A stretch of 63,830 bases of DNA, filler included, from Reclinomonas americana ATCC 50394 (Eukaryota), in assembly GCA_048213135.1 (NCBI GenBank). It is 5 parts of 2 records of this genome, joined end to end, with 100 filler letters (N's around TTAATTAATTAA, not from the genome) between each part and the next. Parts side by side here need not be neighbours in the genome. Positions count along the whole stretch, not along the records: positions 10,581 to 36,470 come from PS015067.1; 4 more parts are not named here. The stretch is one strand, 5' to 3'. The position numbers and the translations under genes were made by a program. This document shows, one piece after another, positions 13,665 through 27,075 of this stretch. Numbering within the stretch: the stretch's first letter is position 1; every line of letters begins with the position of its first letter. Under the pieces are notes generated by a model. That model searched no databases and had not been told where the DNA came from. It worked only from the letters and a program-made list of their open reading frames with translations.

Positions 13665-13701
13665 CCTGATCAAAAAACAAAAAAGGGAATGAGGGGAATT
13701 T

Positions 13702-16700
13702 TCATTCGTCTTCTTCTCCTTCTTCCGATGCGCGATTTCGTTTTGTCGGCGGCATCTCATCGACGGCCACTGGACTTCCGGGCCGTTTGCTGCCGACTGA
13801 TGGTAGTGGCGGTGCAAACGAAGGCAGCGCGACGGAGTCTGCAGATGGCACAAAGGACGGCAATCGGAAGGTGCCGGCTGGAGGCTCGTACGATGCAGCT
13901 GCTGCTGCTGCTGCTGGAGGTGCTGGTGGTGGTGGTGGTGGTGGTGGAGGCACGTATGCTGAATATACAACTGGGTTTGACGACGGTGATCGCGGTGGTG
14001 CGTCGCGCGAGGCCTGCACGACGAGACGCGTAAAGTCCTCGGGCCGGATGCGCTCCGCTGTGGACTCCAGCACCCGATAAATGTGCTGAGGCATGTCCGG
14101 CTGCGCAGTTCATGGTCAGCAACAAGCAACCGCACCCTTCCAATCGGCGAGCACCACGCAACGTGATTGATCCACGAGGGCGCCTGCCTCTCGCACCGGA
14201 ATTCGCCCGTGCCGGTATCGTAGGAGAACTCGAAAATCACCGAGCCGCCCGACTCGGCCGCCATAATGTCTCGCGCACGCCTCGCCAGTTTCGTCAGTCG
14301 GTACGTTTGTGGGCCTGTCTCGGTCTGGTAGTGCAGCTGGTACATGAATTCCGTCTGCAATCGAGACGAGTGGTGAGCAAAACACAAAAAAAACATCGAT
14401 CTTTTTTCCCGAGAGGCCTGCTCAACTTCGGAAGGGGTGACCGCAAAGCACAGCGTCCGATTGCGCGGCCATTTCCACTCCAAAACACCCTTGGTGCGAT
14501 CCACGAGACCGTGAGAGACCGGCGCCACGCAATCCTCCCGCCTCAGCAGCACCGACTGCGACGTGAATTGAGCATGCCATTGGTTTCACGCACAACGCGC
14601 ACAGACATGCACGCCCAACCTGCACGCGCACAGACAGCTCCGGCTCATCCTCAATGTACCCGGTCACCACATTGGTGTTCAATTCGCCCGTGGTATCACG
14701 CTTCACCGCCCGCATCAACTCCTCCAGCGAATCGTCCGTGGTCGACAGCAGCTTCTTGAACCGCAACCGGAAGCCGTGCGCCATCAACGATTGCAGAGAG
14801 AATGGCGTGTTGTCCATGGGTGGCTTGGCCGGCTGTCCGGGGCGCGGTGGGAACAACTGACGCACGCACGCACACACCGGTCAGAAGTGGGAGTGGGGAA
14901 TAACAACCATACAAGCGCGCTGATACCTTTTCAATCTCCTCCACAATCGGCCGCAGATATTCGCGGGCCTTGCGTATCCGCTCGCTGTACGCGGGTTCGC
15001 TGACAGCCAAAACTTCGTCACGCAGCAGCAGCACATCGTCGAGCTGGAGGCACACCAACATGCGTGTGGGCGATCAACAAACACCGCACAGACTGAACGG
15101 CCGACTCACCAAGAACACCCACACCCCGGCCGTCGTGTCTTGCGTTATTTGGCCAGTGATGAGTGTGTTATTCAGCAGCTTGCACACGGCCCAGTTCCAG
15201 AAACGCGCACGCAGAATACGCCGGTTCGGCAGCACAAGGAACGCCTGGTTGTGACAGACACAGATGTGGCACGACAGTCCATCGGCTCCGATCGTCGCCG
15301 TGTAAGCGTCTGCGTGCACCCGATCCCCGTCAGCTACTGGCAGCAAGGAGGAACTCACACACAAAAAATGACGCACGTGAAGAGAGATAGTTCGAGCAGA
15401 CTTTGGTAAAGGTGACGGGGTCGGCGAATGCCGGCGCGCGCATTGTCAGCACCGACACTTCGTCCGGGCCAAACGAACTGCAGCGGCGAAGAATGAGAAA
15501 GTGTACCCGCGCACAACCAGCGCAGAGCACCAGCGGAAAAGCAACCGACCCGACGGGCATGTGGGCCGGATACTCGCGAACCAGCATGTCGATCAGTTCC
15601 GAGAACGCCCGGTAGCACTGTTCGGTGGCATCAGCACAACAGCGACCGATCAAACAATGCACAATCAATTCTTCTCTCTCTCTCTTTTCCCACTCACATG
15701 TTGATACACGGGATGATGCTCTTGCATCGCCAGCAAGTGACCCGGTGCGTTGCTCATGATTTGCCGATCTTCGATCTCCGCCTGCACACAGCATGTCAGC
15801 GAGTGCGTGTGAGAAAGAGAAGGAGCGAGACTCGACAACAAGCCACGCACGTCTTCCACTGGAACATCCCATCGCAGCAAGCATCGCAGTCGCACGTACT
15901 CTTGATCGGCCGGTGGAATTGACCTGTGTGGTGTGCGGAGGAGGAGGAACGGATCAGTGCTTGCTTGGCATTGCGACTGGAGAAGCGATCGGTCATGAAC
16001 GCAACGGATTGCGGACGTATCGCACTGCCTCCTTCAAGTACACGATTTGCCGACGTGCAAACTCTGCGCTCCGCACCGCACGTGATGAGCAACGCGTTCA
16101 CGGAGAGAGAAACGAACAATTGACACTTAACTCTCATTCTGCTGGCGGACATACTTGCAAAAAGCCTCATCCTGCTGAATCATTTCGGGCGGAAAGATGT
16201 GCTGTATATCGGTGCCCGTGCTCTCCACCTCTCCCAGGCGCTCGTTCACGCGCAACAAGTAGTCGCTGACTGCGGGAAGACGCTCCCGCAATCCAACGCC
16301 GACCACGTAGCGCTCCGAGTTGGCCGGACGACTGGTCACTGGCTTCACGAGAGCGATGCGATCGAACGCATGGTACAGGGCAAAGACGACACCCACGGTG
16401 AAATGCGTGTACGTGTCAAAGAGCTTCAATGCAAAGCATCCGCCTGGTACTATACGGTGAGGAACCGCATCGCATCGTGGCGGGTGACACATGCGACAAT
16501 GGTACCTTTCCGCAGCAACCGCAATGCCAGTGTGGCCTGACAGAGCACGAGTCGCTTCATCAACACCTCCTGATTGTTTTCGTCGCCCTCGACACTGCTA
16601 CCCTGTTCCCGGCACGATACAGTCAGCCAATCAATCACCCAGTCATTGCTCTCGGTACAGGGAAGACACAAAACTCCATCGCCCGTCACCAGCGCCACAC

Positions 16701-18674
16701 CGCGGCCGTTGGTCTCCTGCGCCACATGTGCCGCAAATGCCAACATGTTCTCGTTCTTGTAAATGTCGCCCGTGTCGTCGACGCCGTAGTGCGGCACGAA
16801 GACGCCATTGAAGGGTCGTGCATCCCGTCGGAACTTGTGCAACTTGAAATCACAATCACCTGGCCACGCACTGTGTGTGTGAGTACTCTGGCGATGGTGG
16901 TGACAACAACAGCAGCAGCTCCGCACCGCGCAGCGTAAAACCGAATCCGCGACTCCGTTNNNNNNNNNNNNNNNNNNNNNNNNNNNNNNNNNNNNNNNNN
17001 NNNNNNNNNNNNNNNNNNNNNNNNNNNNNNNNNNNNNNNNNNNNNNNNNNNNNNNNNNNNNNNNNNNNNNNNNNNNNNNNNNNNNNNNNNNNNNNNNNNN
17101 NNNNNNNNNNNNNNNNNNNNNNNNNNNNNNNNGCGGTGTCATGCGCCAGATGAGGTACTCGGAGAAGCCACCGGGTCCCGCACAAATGTCGGCCCACCAC
17201 AGACAACCACCCTGCGCCAGCAGTGGAGTGAGTGCCATCACCTCCATTCGCAAAAGCGGTACGCTGCATGTATGCAACACACACCTCTTCGTTGACTTGG
17301 CGTGGCAACGTACGAGTGAACGAGTACATGCGATCCAGGTTGGCCATTTTGAGGGCGGCACGATTAATAAAGATGGCCCTCCCGATGGACTCCCACGGAT
17401 TGCTGAGGCGACGGCCCTCCATGAACCGCTGCTTGTCAATGCCATCCAACTCGGACTGCACAATCGCCCCTGGTCAGCATCCAGAAAAGAGACAGAGAGA
17501 AGGAACGAGTGTGTGCACTGCTTGCCTTCCAGCGATTCACTTGTCGCACCACCTCCGCATCGCAAAAGCCATTCCAGTCCACAGGTGTGTCAAGCTGTGC
17601 AAGCTGAGTCAGACAGCTGCCTGCCTGCCTGAAAACGAGACCAGCACACAACAAGCGCAACTGGCACAAGGAGGAGCTCAGCATGCGTGGCCACCAGACT
17701 CCGCACAGCGTCGGGACACGAAATCTGCAGAATCTCCTCCTGTCGCCCGNNNNNNNNNNNNNNNNNNNNNNNNNNNNNNNNNNNNNNNNNNNNNNNNNNN
17801 NNNNNNNNNNNNNNNNNNNNNNNNNNNNNNNNNNNNNNNNNNNNNNNNNNNNNNNNNNNNNNNNNNNNNNNNNNNNNNNNNNNNNNNNNNNNNNNNNNNN
17901 NNNNNNNNNNNNNNNNNNNNNNNNNNNNNNNNNNNNNNNNNNNNNNNNNNNNNNNNNNNNNNNNNNNNNNNNNNNNNNNNNNNNNNNNNNNNNNNNNNNN
18001 NNNNNNNNNNNNNNNNNNNNNNNNNNNNNNNNNNNNNNNNNNNNNNNNNNNNNNNNNNNNNNNNNNNNNNNNNNNNNNNNNNNNNNNNNNNNNNNNNNNN
18101 NNNNNNNNNNNNNNNNNNNNNNNNNNNNNNNNNNNNNNNNNNNNNNNNNNNNNNNNNNNNNNNNNNNNNNNNNNNNNNNNNNNNNNNNNNNNNNNNNNNN
18201 NNNNNNNNNNNNNNNNNNNNNNNNNCCAGCCGAGTATGATGAGCGCAAGCCACACAACACTCTGCAGCACAACAATTACAACAGCACATGCCTTGATCTC
18301 AATGTTTTCGCGCTCTTGCGCCGGTGAGCGCGCCGAACTCGCAAATGCAGCATCGGTCTCCACCGCCTCCGCAGCCGCCGTCGATGCACTGAAGCCGAGA
18401 CCTGCAGCACACTCAGTCTCCCATGCACACACACACACACTCTCTCACATGCACTCACCTGCTCTTCCCTGCCCGGCATTCGTCTCAATCACTTTGCCCA
18501 GCTTCGACGGGTCAAAGTTGCCCTGCAACAGGAAAATGCGCGCCAAACCCCGTTCATTATCACTGCATGCGTCTCTCTCTCTTTCTTTCTCTCTCTGTGC
18601 GAGTACGCAACAAGCAGACGCCATGCACGACTGGAGCCCACAGAGCCACTGCCGCTGGCCTCGCTCCCGTCCAT
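13702..18674 (-). CDS. CMTR1: Cap-specific mRNA 2'-O-methyltransferase with G-patch-like N-terminus and degenerate guanylyltransferase/OB C-terminus (two gaps inside)
   Basis: SNPWESIGRAIFINRAALKMANLD, ADICAGPGGFSEY, VTGDGGSSVEGDENNQE, KLFD and KPVTSRPANSERY are hallmark CMTR1 motifs. The start exon is tentative. Confidence 0.9.
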
Positions 18675-18954
18675 GAGAAGTAAAGGGACAGTGATGCACC
18701 AGCGAGCCTTTGTCCGTCCTCTTTTTGTCATAACACCAACAAAGGTCTGTCTCCCGCTAGCACCATCGTCCCTCCCTGCACATCTCCCTCTCCTCTGCAT
18801 CATCCCCGCCATCACGGCATACCCGTCTGCCCTCCTTTTTGTGTGTGTGTTTTTGTGTTTCTGCGCGTGTGTTTGGCCATGATGTGAATGTGCACATAGC
18901 CTCACACGCACGCGCGCCCCCTTCCCTCTCCTTCTGTCGCCTGCCTGCAGCTCG

Positions 18955-20730
18955 ATGGTGAAGCGGAAGAAGGCGTCACAGAAGAAGCGGACCGACTTGC
19001 GCGTCAAGGACGTGCTGAGCCGGTTGCCGGAGCATGAGGCGCGAGAGGCGGCACTGACAGCTGCACGCACGCTGGCCGACTCGGCGCTCTTCACCGTGTC
19101 GAAGAAGCCACCAAAGGTGAAGCACAGTGTGGACGACTTGATCGAGGAGGACGAGGATGGGCGACCGATGATCAATGGTCAGTGTGTGTGTTCAGATTGC
19201 ACAAGATTGTGTGCTGACTGACTGACTGTCTCGGTGTGGTGACAGGCAAGGTGGTGCGGTCGGCGGCCAAGGCGCGCCGGTTGGCCATGGCCGAGAGAAT
19301 ACGTGCGCAGCGCGAGGCGCGACTGAATTCACACTCGGATCAGTCGATTCCTGCCGTGCCGCCGGTCAGGGACACACTGGCGGCGGTGAAGAAGCACCGT
19401 GAGCAGGTGCAGGAGAAGGCGCGTCTGCTGCGGAAACGACGACGTGGCGAGAAGGAGGAGGAGGAGGATGGCGACGAAAGAGTGGATGACTCGAGCGAGG
19501 GGGAGAAGCGCTACGTGATTGAGTCGTCGTCGGACGACGATGATTACTACGGGCGGGAGCCACAGTGGAAGAAGATGCGGAGGGAGTTGGTGAAGAAGAT
19601 CCCGCGCCGGCTGACACAACGGCCTGTGACGGAGGATGTGTGGGAGGCGGGCAAGAATGCTGCTCCGGAGCTGGGATACGGACTGAAGCCGCAGCCAGAT
19701 GTGGATCTCTCGTTGGTCGCCATTCCTGCGTCGATTGTGCCGCCCAAGAAGCGGCCACACAGCATGGAGACGTACAAGCCGAGCTATCGGAAAGCCACAC
19801 CAGTGCCGGACCCGGCGCAGTCGTACAACCCGGTGCCGATCGACCACAAGAAGCTTCTCGACCATGTGTACAAGCGTGAGCTCGGACGCCAACGCAAGGA
19901 GAGGAAATACGAAAAGATTCTGGCACGGGTGCGTCTCTCTCATTTGTTGAGTCGCACGCTGATGGTGGTGGGTTGCTGAGAAACAATCGTGTGTCTGGTG
20001 TGCACAGCCCAAGGGATTCGAGGATGTCGAGGCGAACGATGCCGTGGCCGGAATGCTCATCGATCAGGCCTACGAAGAGCAGCCGGAGCTGTACGAGGAG
20101 CTGGTTCGCGCCCCCCTCCACACACGCACACACAAAACTGCCTCGTTTTTTTCACGCTCATTGTGCATTTCTTGTTTTCGTGGCAGTCAGCTCCGACGGG
20201 CGCCGAGCCGCTGGTTCTCAAGCCGACCGAGAAGAAGACCAAGGCGCAGCGCAACCGCGAACAGCGACACAAGGAACGCTTGCTGGAGGAGCAGGCGCGC
20301 AGAGAGAAGAAGCGAGCCGAATCTACCATGCCCGCCGTCAAGACAATTGCGAGGGAGGTCGACCAGGAACTCAGCAAGGCGAAGCAGATTCTCGAGAAAC
20401 GGCGCCGTCGTCGCGAGGCATTCGAACGAGTACGCATCAAGATCCTCGGCAGTGGACGATATGTGCGCGACGACCCCGCATACTTGCTGCCAGAGCAGCT
20501 GGCAGCCTCACTCCGCCAGACCCCCGTCAGTGTGCGTGACGAAAAAGTGATGCAGAGGGAGGAAAAAACTATTGTGCTGACTGATTGATTTTTTCATGCA
20601 GACGGTGGGCGCGACGCTACTCAAGGAGCGCTACAGCAGCTTCATGGAGCGCAATATGGTGGCACCGAGGGGCACCAAGAGGCAGAAGAAGAAGAAGCAC
20701 CGTTTCCGCTACTCGGAAAGACCCGAATGA
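18955..20730 (+). CDS. NOP53: Ribosome biogenesis protein Nop53/GLTSCR2
   Basis: LFTVSK, DVW, PDPAQSYNPVPIDHKKLL, KKTKAQRNRE, LPEQLAASLR, LLKERYSSFMERNMVAPR. Confidence 0.85.
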
Positions 20731-20938
20731 ATGCATGTCGACGCGTCGACATCACCAATGCGCAAAATTGAACGCATGCAGTCAAAAACACGACATTTGA
20801 CCCCCGCCCATTCCTTTTTCCTTTACACGCGTGTGGAGCCGTTGTTAACCACTGCACCAAAGAAAAGTTACGCGTGTTATCTGCAAACCACCTTTTGCAC
20901 TCACACTGACACTCACACTCACTCAGCTCCCAAGAAGA

Positions 20939-22377
20939 ATGTCTCGCTTCTTTACTCTTCTCGCCCTCATGTCTGTGGTGGCCGTTTTGGTCGCCACGAG
21001 CAGCGCTGAGCCGCTTCTGCGCGGTGGTGCAGTGGCTGTCACGGAGGTGCGTGCTGTGTGTTTGAGCACACACACACACACACACACAATACTCCGAACT
21101 CACATGCATGCGTGAGATGCGCAGCTCGTCGACAAGGTGGATCCGGTCACTGAGCTGCAGGCGCTGCGCGACTTTTACAACAGCACCAATGGCCCCAACT
21201 GGACCAGCAACCAAGGGTGTGTGTGTGATTTTGTGGCATTTCTGATGACGCGCGTGCATTGCATCACTCACTCTCTATTGTGTGATTAGCTGGACTGACC
21301 CCGATGCCACCGACGTGTGTGACTGGTTCGGCGTGTCGTGCCGCGACGGAACGCACGTCACCAACCTCATCCTGCCCAACAACAACCTGCGCGTTGCGTC
21401 CATGAAGAAACCAAGACGAGAGAAATGCGTGTCATGCTCACTGTTGTTGTTGTTGGCGTTGCAGGGTTCCATCGTGAGCTCGTTTGGTGCGCTGGTCAAC
21501 CTGGAGGTGAGTCGTGTACAATGCGTCGCTCCGCTTTTTGCGCTCGTGGCTGACGTTTCTGTTTTCTGTGCGCAGTACCTCGATCTGTCGCAGTGCGTCA
21601 GGACTCCCGTTATTGTTTTGCTTCTTTGAATGTACTCATTCGATTGTCGCTCAGGAACCAGTACCTTGCCGGCAACCTCCCGTCCGTCAACTTCACCAAG
21701 CTGCTGCACGTTGACCTGAGCGTGAGTGATTTGTTCTGTGTTTGCTGCGCATTTTTCCGGTGCATTTCACTCACACACACGCGGCTCTCTCGTTCACAAC
21801 AGATGGGCCCCAACTCGTTCTACCGCGGTTTGTGGCCGCGGCCATTGTCACTCTTTTTTTGCATCTCGTCTGTTCCTCTGACATGCTCCCCTTCGGCCGC
21901 AGGCGCTCTCACTGGCCCTGTGCCCGCTGGCCTGCTGCCGAGCACCCTGCTCTTCTTCGTGCGTGTGTGCTCTCCGTCCCCTCTGTCACTCGTGTGCACT
22001 GCTGACACTTCGCAAAACAGGACCTGAGCAGCCAGCAGTTCTCCCGCATGCCGAACGCCGTCCTGAACCTGCCCAACGTGACCCGCTTCACCGTGCACAA
22101 TAACGGAATGGTGCGTGATGCTTGCTATCTTTGCTTGTGTTTCGTTCACACGGACTGATTGTCTGGTGCTGTGTAGGGCGGCTACTTCCCGTCATGGATG
22201 TCAACGACGTCGCTGACCTACTTCGACATTGGCAACAACCAGTTCGTGGGCTTCGGCACCCCGACCATGGCTGCGCCGCCGAAGAGCGCCACCTGCATCA
22301 CCTCGTACAACAACTTCTTCTGCCCCTTCACTCCCGACTGGGTCAGCTCGCAGTGCCAGGGCACGTGCCACAACTAA
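20939..22377 (+). CDS. Small secreted plant-type LRR protein (LRRNT_2 cap); 10 exons
   Basis: Signal peptide; ELQALRDFYNSTNGPNW..W..DVCDWFGVSC..VTNLILPNNNLRGSI; LEYLDLSQNQ.LAGNLP; Cys-rich C-terminal cap; no TM segment. Confidence 0.88.
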
Positions 22378-22492
22378 ACGTGTGATCGTGTGGCCACCTC
22401 TCTCCACTCCAACCTCCCCCCTTCCCCCTCTTCATCGTCACCCGCACAGACAATGACCCAATGAAATGCGCGACGTAGAACTGTGGCACGTT

Positions 22493-25400
22493 TCATGAGA
22501 AGAAATGTCGTGCAGATGATGCCAGTTGATGCAGTCGCTCGCGAGTGTCAGCATCACAACACGCGGTGGCTGCCGTCGATCGCAGTGCCACCAGCAGGTA
22601 TTGTCGCGCTGCAACCTGTTCGTCGGCCACCCACGCCTGCACAGCCGTGCGTACAGTCGCCTGCATGCGCTCCAGTGGTGTCACACGCTGTGTGCGTTCA
22701 GCTGCCATGAGTCTCACAATGCGAAAAAGGGCACGCCACCACAACACCACACCAACCGCTTCAGTATTATCGTCGTCGCCATCGTCTCCGAACAGCGGCA
22801 ACTCAGAGGCACCACTGGATGTCTTTTCGTGACCGAGAGCATAGTGCACCGCCCACCACAGTCGCTCCTTGTCGAGCAAAGCGCACCGCGCAGCGGCCGC
22901 AGAGATCTGTGCCATGCGATGAAACACAGTGGCGATGGAAGCAGTGATGGAAACAGCACCGCACCTGACTCGCGACCGCCACCAACTCGACCACTCGGTC
23001 GAGTACGACCTGCAAGCGCTGCTGCAACATACGCCGTCGCTGTGACATGGAAGACGCAAGTTAGTGAACTACACAGTTGTAACTGGGGAGAAAAACGCAA
23101 CTTTGTGTGGCACCACCGCAGAGCGACAAATGGCGCGCAAGCAGCTCAGCGCGCCATCACAAACGCCTGCTCGACTGTCGACAACAGCACCGAGAATAAC
23201 AGTGGTGGCGTCGAGCACCATCTCGCTGCGTGTCTCCACCTCTATTACTGCCGCGGCAGGTGGTGGTGGCAGAATACCACTCATGGTGGACAAAAAGGCA
23301 GCAAAGTTGCCGGTTCCGAGTGAGGCCACCCGGGGCATGCTCTGCGGCTTGCGCGGCAACACCACCAACGGCGGTTCGTCGGTGACCAGCTGCGGAGAGC
23401 GGAAAGGAATGAGAAACAGAGAATACTGTGCGCTCTTCCTCCACAAACACAAACCATGCCGACAACCGTCGCTTGCAATCGTGGGTCGAGACACAGTGAG
23501 CCCAACACGCGCCACAGCTGGCGACAAGCGCGAGTCAGCGTGAGTAAGAGTGCACGTTGGCGCACGGCAGAAGCGACGCAACTGTAAAACCGTCAGTCTG
23601 CTGCCCTTGCTGCTGGTGCAGTGCGCACACGGAGAGGCAAGTGGAGAGGAGTTGTCGCAGTGGTACGGGCGACGGCGAGTCGAACCACGCGGACCATTCA
23701 GGGGCCAGTGCGGCCATTGATTCCACCTGACCCAGACCCACGGCGATGCACACCTCCACGCAGCGCAACACATGAGTCATGGCTGCGGCACGCCGACTGT
23801 TGGTGACTGTGCACGGAGGTATGACATGCAGTGAGCAGTGTGCACTGCCATTGTGTGCAGTACGTGGCTTGGATGAAAACCTTGCAAAAGACGCAGTTGT
23901 GGCAAGGTCTTGCACAGCCACAGGCTAGCGACACATGCCCGCTCGACCACACCGCGCCACATTCGCATTTCCTCGCCCGCACTGCAAACGTGTTTTTAAG
24001 GAGACATGCACGGCGCGAGAGAAGCAATGTATCACAACGCACCACGCTTGACGCACACCACTGTCGGAGAGCACTGCGACCAGACACTCGGCTGCCACAC
24101 TGGATTCGACAGCATCCTCGTCACGTGTGCGCAGCGCAAGCACCGACAGCGTTACAATCGCAGGTTTCCACCACGCCCCAACTGTCAAGCTATGAGTGAT
24201 GGGGACGGGCAGCACCAAGACCTGCACTCACCAATGTGTGCGACGGATGCCGACTGCTGCAGGGTCGACAGCAACGCCGACGCCGCGTCTAGCAGCCCAT
24301 CTTCGAGATGTGACTTGACGTGTGTGGCAGCCGGCGTCGATCGACCCAGACTGAGTACCACGAATGCGACAGCGGCTGGCGTGCGGGCCACGAACGGATG
24401 TTTGGCGAGTGCCAGCAACACTCGCCGCTCGCGATCACTCCACGACTCCACATGCTCAAACAGCCCATCGCTCACCGACCACGGGTCGCCTCCTTCAAGC
24501 AATATCAGTGCATCCACAAGACGGTTGCGAAAAACACGCGTGCAGTGAACGCACCATATGCCGTCATCGCGCGATAGATGAGTTGCAGCGCCCGTACTGC
24601 ACCGCCACCTCTGCAGCGCACAGCCCTGCTTGCCGTGTCGCGCACCAGCGGACCCATGACACGCAAGACGCAGGCTCGACTCTGTCGAGGAGACAATAAG
24701 CACACGACACGGTGTAATCGAGGAAGCAGCAGTCACGAAGTCGCACCCATTCGTCGCCTCGAGCAAGACAAGCCTGCGTGCATTCGGCAAGTGTTTCAGC
24801 ATGTTTGTATACAAGGAGCGAGACAGACACATGGTTCTCACTTTCAACACACAGGCGAGTGCACGTTGCCGCGTCGAGGCTTCTTCCACCAGCTGCGATT
24901 CCCCAGCAAAGCACGCCAGCAGTGACCACACAATCTCGCGACATTGCAGCACCGTCCCGGCAGCATGCACAAGACGACACAGACTGCCGACGAGGAGTGA
25001 CGAGTGTGGCGACACTGCCGTGGCACGTCGACACATGACAGCCATCAGCTGCGGCCACAACTGGCACCGACGGCCATCGACCAAACACTCGTCCACAAAG
25101 CCCACCAACGCCTCATCCACACAAGACTTGTCGCTGGCATCGCTCGATCGCATGCACAGGCGAACCACCACCGCCACCGCGTCGTCGACAACAGCCGAAG
25201 AACGACAACCAAACACCACCAACGCGCGACACAAGCGAACAAGAACCGTCACATCGCAGTCATTGACAACGCCCATTGTCGCCAGTCCACGCGACAGCGC
25301 CATCAGCAGCCGTCGCGCCTCGTACACAGAGCCCGGCAACACGGGCAAACGCAGCAACGAGGCCGCGAGCTGCACCACCGACGAAACATGAGTGTTGTGC

Positions 25401-25684
25401 ATTGTCTGCAGCGCCTTCTCCAGTCGCGGCAACAAGTCCCGGCGAACGTGCTGCTGCCGTCGCCACGCCCATGTCCACGATACACACTGTTCTGCAACCT
25501 GCTGTGCACGCACTTTGTTCCGCACCGATCTGCACGCAGGGGGAGGTGAGAGCAGTGGCGAGGGAGGGACGACACGACTGCAGTTATGCACGAAACGAGA
25601 CAAGTCGCTCCTGCTGCCACTCACGCAGCATGTCGGTGGGAACCAGAATGCCCAGTCGACGTCGTGAGGGAGACGACGTGTCAT
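22493..25684 (-). CDS. Hypothetical Leu/Val/Cys-rich helical protein (multi-exon; could be two genes)
   Basis: Long overlapping minus-strand ORFs (24185-26065, 23535-23921, 22493-23059) with intron-like breaks; no family recognised. Confidence 0.45.
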
Positions 25685-25880
25685 CGGCGAGCTGCAGCAC
25701 AAAGCGACACAGACGACGTGGTCGCATGAGGGAGAAGTAGCAGGCAAGGTAAGGATTCGGCGTTTGTTTCGTCGACTGACATCTTCTTTTTCGTGGAACA
25801 AGTGAGTGCACAAGCCCTTTCTTATCACAGTTATGTGGTAGCTGACCGCGGTGTGTTGCACAGGTGACGCGATCGACAAC

Positions 25881-26717
25881 ATGGTCCGTGTGCATATGTG
25901 CAGTTGTCTCTCTCTCATCGCGCGCGCTTGTGTGTGACGCATGTGTGTGTGCATGCAGGCGCGCGGCAGCAAAGTGTACAACCGAGTCAAGGACAACGAG
26001 AAGCATGTGGACCTGCTGAGCAAGATCGGCATGGGCGTCAATGTTCTGTGCATGCATGAATGCATTCATCTCATCATCATCAACTCACTCTCACTCGTCG
26101 ACGTGCAGGCGGTGTACGTGCTGGTGTGGTTCATGTTCTACTGGAATCGCATGACGTGGATGGGCTTTGGTCTGCCCTTCACCACCTTTGCTGGTGTGAC
26201 AGTGATGGTGGTGCGGTACTTTGGCTCGCACACGGGTCGTGACATGCTGGAGTCGGGCGACGACGACGATCTGACGCTGGTCAACGACCTGCGTAACACG
26301 AGCGAGTGGAATCACTTTTTGGAGTTGTGTGCTAGTGCACGACTGCACACCGTCTGTGCGCGCGTGTGGGCTGAAGAACGAAGGGTTTGTGCAGGATTGC
26401 CCGCGACGCACTGTACACGACGTGGGGTGTGCAGATTCTGAGCCTGATCTCCAACTGGTTCCTGCTGCTGGCGTTGTGGGTGCGTGCGTGCGTGTGTCGT
26501 GTGTGGGTGATGATGTTTGCGTGGGCGGTGGTTGTTGAACGTGCTGCAGCTGCCGGGCTGGGGCGTCTATAAGCTGTTTGGTCTGTGCGGATCGCGCGGT
26601 GGTGCCGAGAAGGAGTACGTGGAGAGCAAGGACGAGGAGAAGCGACGGCTGAAGAAGGAGAAGAAGATGGAGCGCATGGAGCGTCAGGGTCTCATCTACC
26701 GCGGCAGTGGTCGTTAG
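25881..26717 (+). CDS. TMEM208: TMEM208/SND2 SRP-independent ER-targeting protein; 5 exons, first coding exon is ATG only
   Basis: M|ARGSK..RVKDNEK, DDLTLVNDL, ARDALYTTWGVQILSLISNWFLLLALWLPGWGVYKLF, basic tail KKEKKMER. Confidence 0.85.
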
Positions 26718-26994
26718 AGAGAAAGCGGGTGCGACGAGATGGGAGGCATCGCAGAACTGCAAAGATGAACCACGAGCAAAAAAGTTCTGGGGTTTGTTTT
26801 TTTCTGCGTCTCACACCGCCGACATCTCTCTCACACACTGCGTCGAAATAGCCGAAGACAGGTGAAAGAGAGTCGCAGCGAGTGAAACACGCACACATTG
26901 ACACACACACACGTTGAAAGCATTAACAGCAACATGCACAGACAAAATAGAGAAGAAGGGGGTTGGTTGCAGAGGGGGAGAAATGGAGGCAACG

Positions 26995-26995
<1 letters not shown>

Positions 26996-27074
<79 letters not shown>
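26996..27074. repeat. (CA)n microsatellite flanking gap
   Basis: Long CA run; a second at ~27786-27865 on the other side of the gap. Confidence 0.95.

Positions 27075-27075
<1 letters not shown>

Noticed and set aside
17232-18676. Long ORFs containing X runs (also 26811-27948, 38287-39033, 50019-51842)
   Set aside because: Artefacts of translation through N gaps.
18745-18950. Acceptor-like AG just before the NOP53, SSNA1 and TMEM208 start codons as proof of trans-splicing
   Set aside because: Each has a plausible upstream cis donor (GTCTGT 18745, GTCAGT 37824, GTGAGT 25802), so 5' UTR introns explain them.
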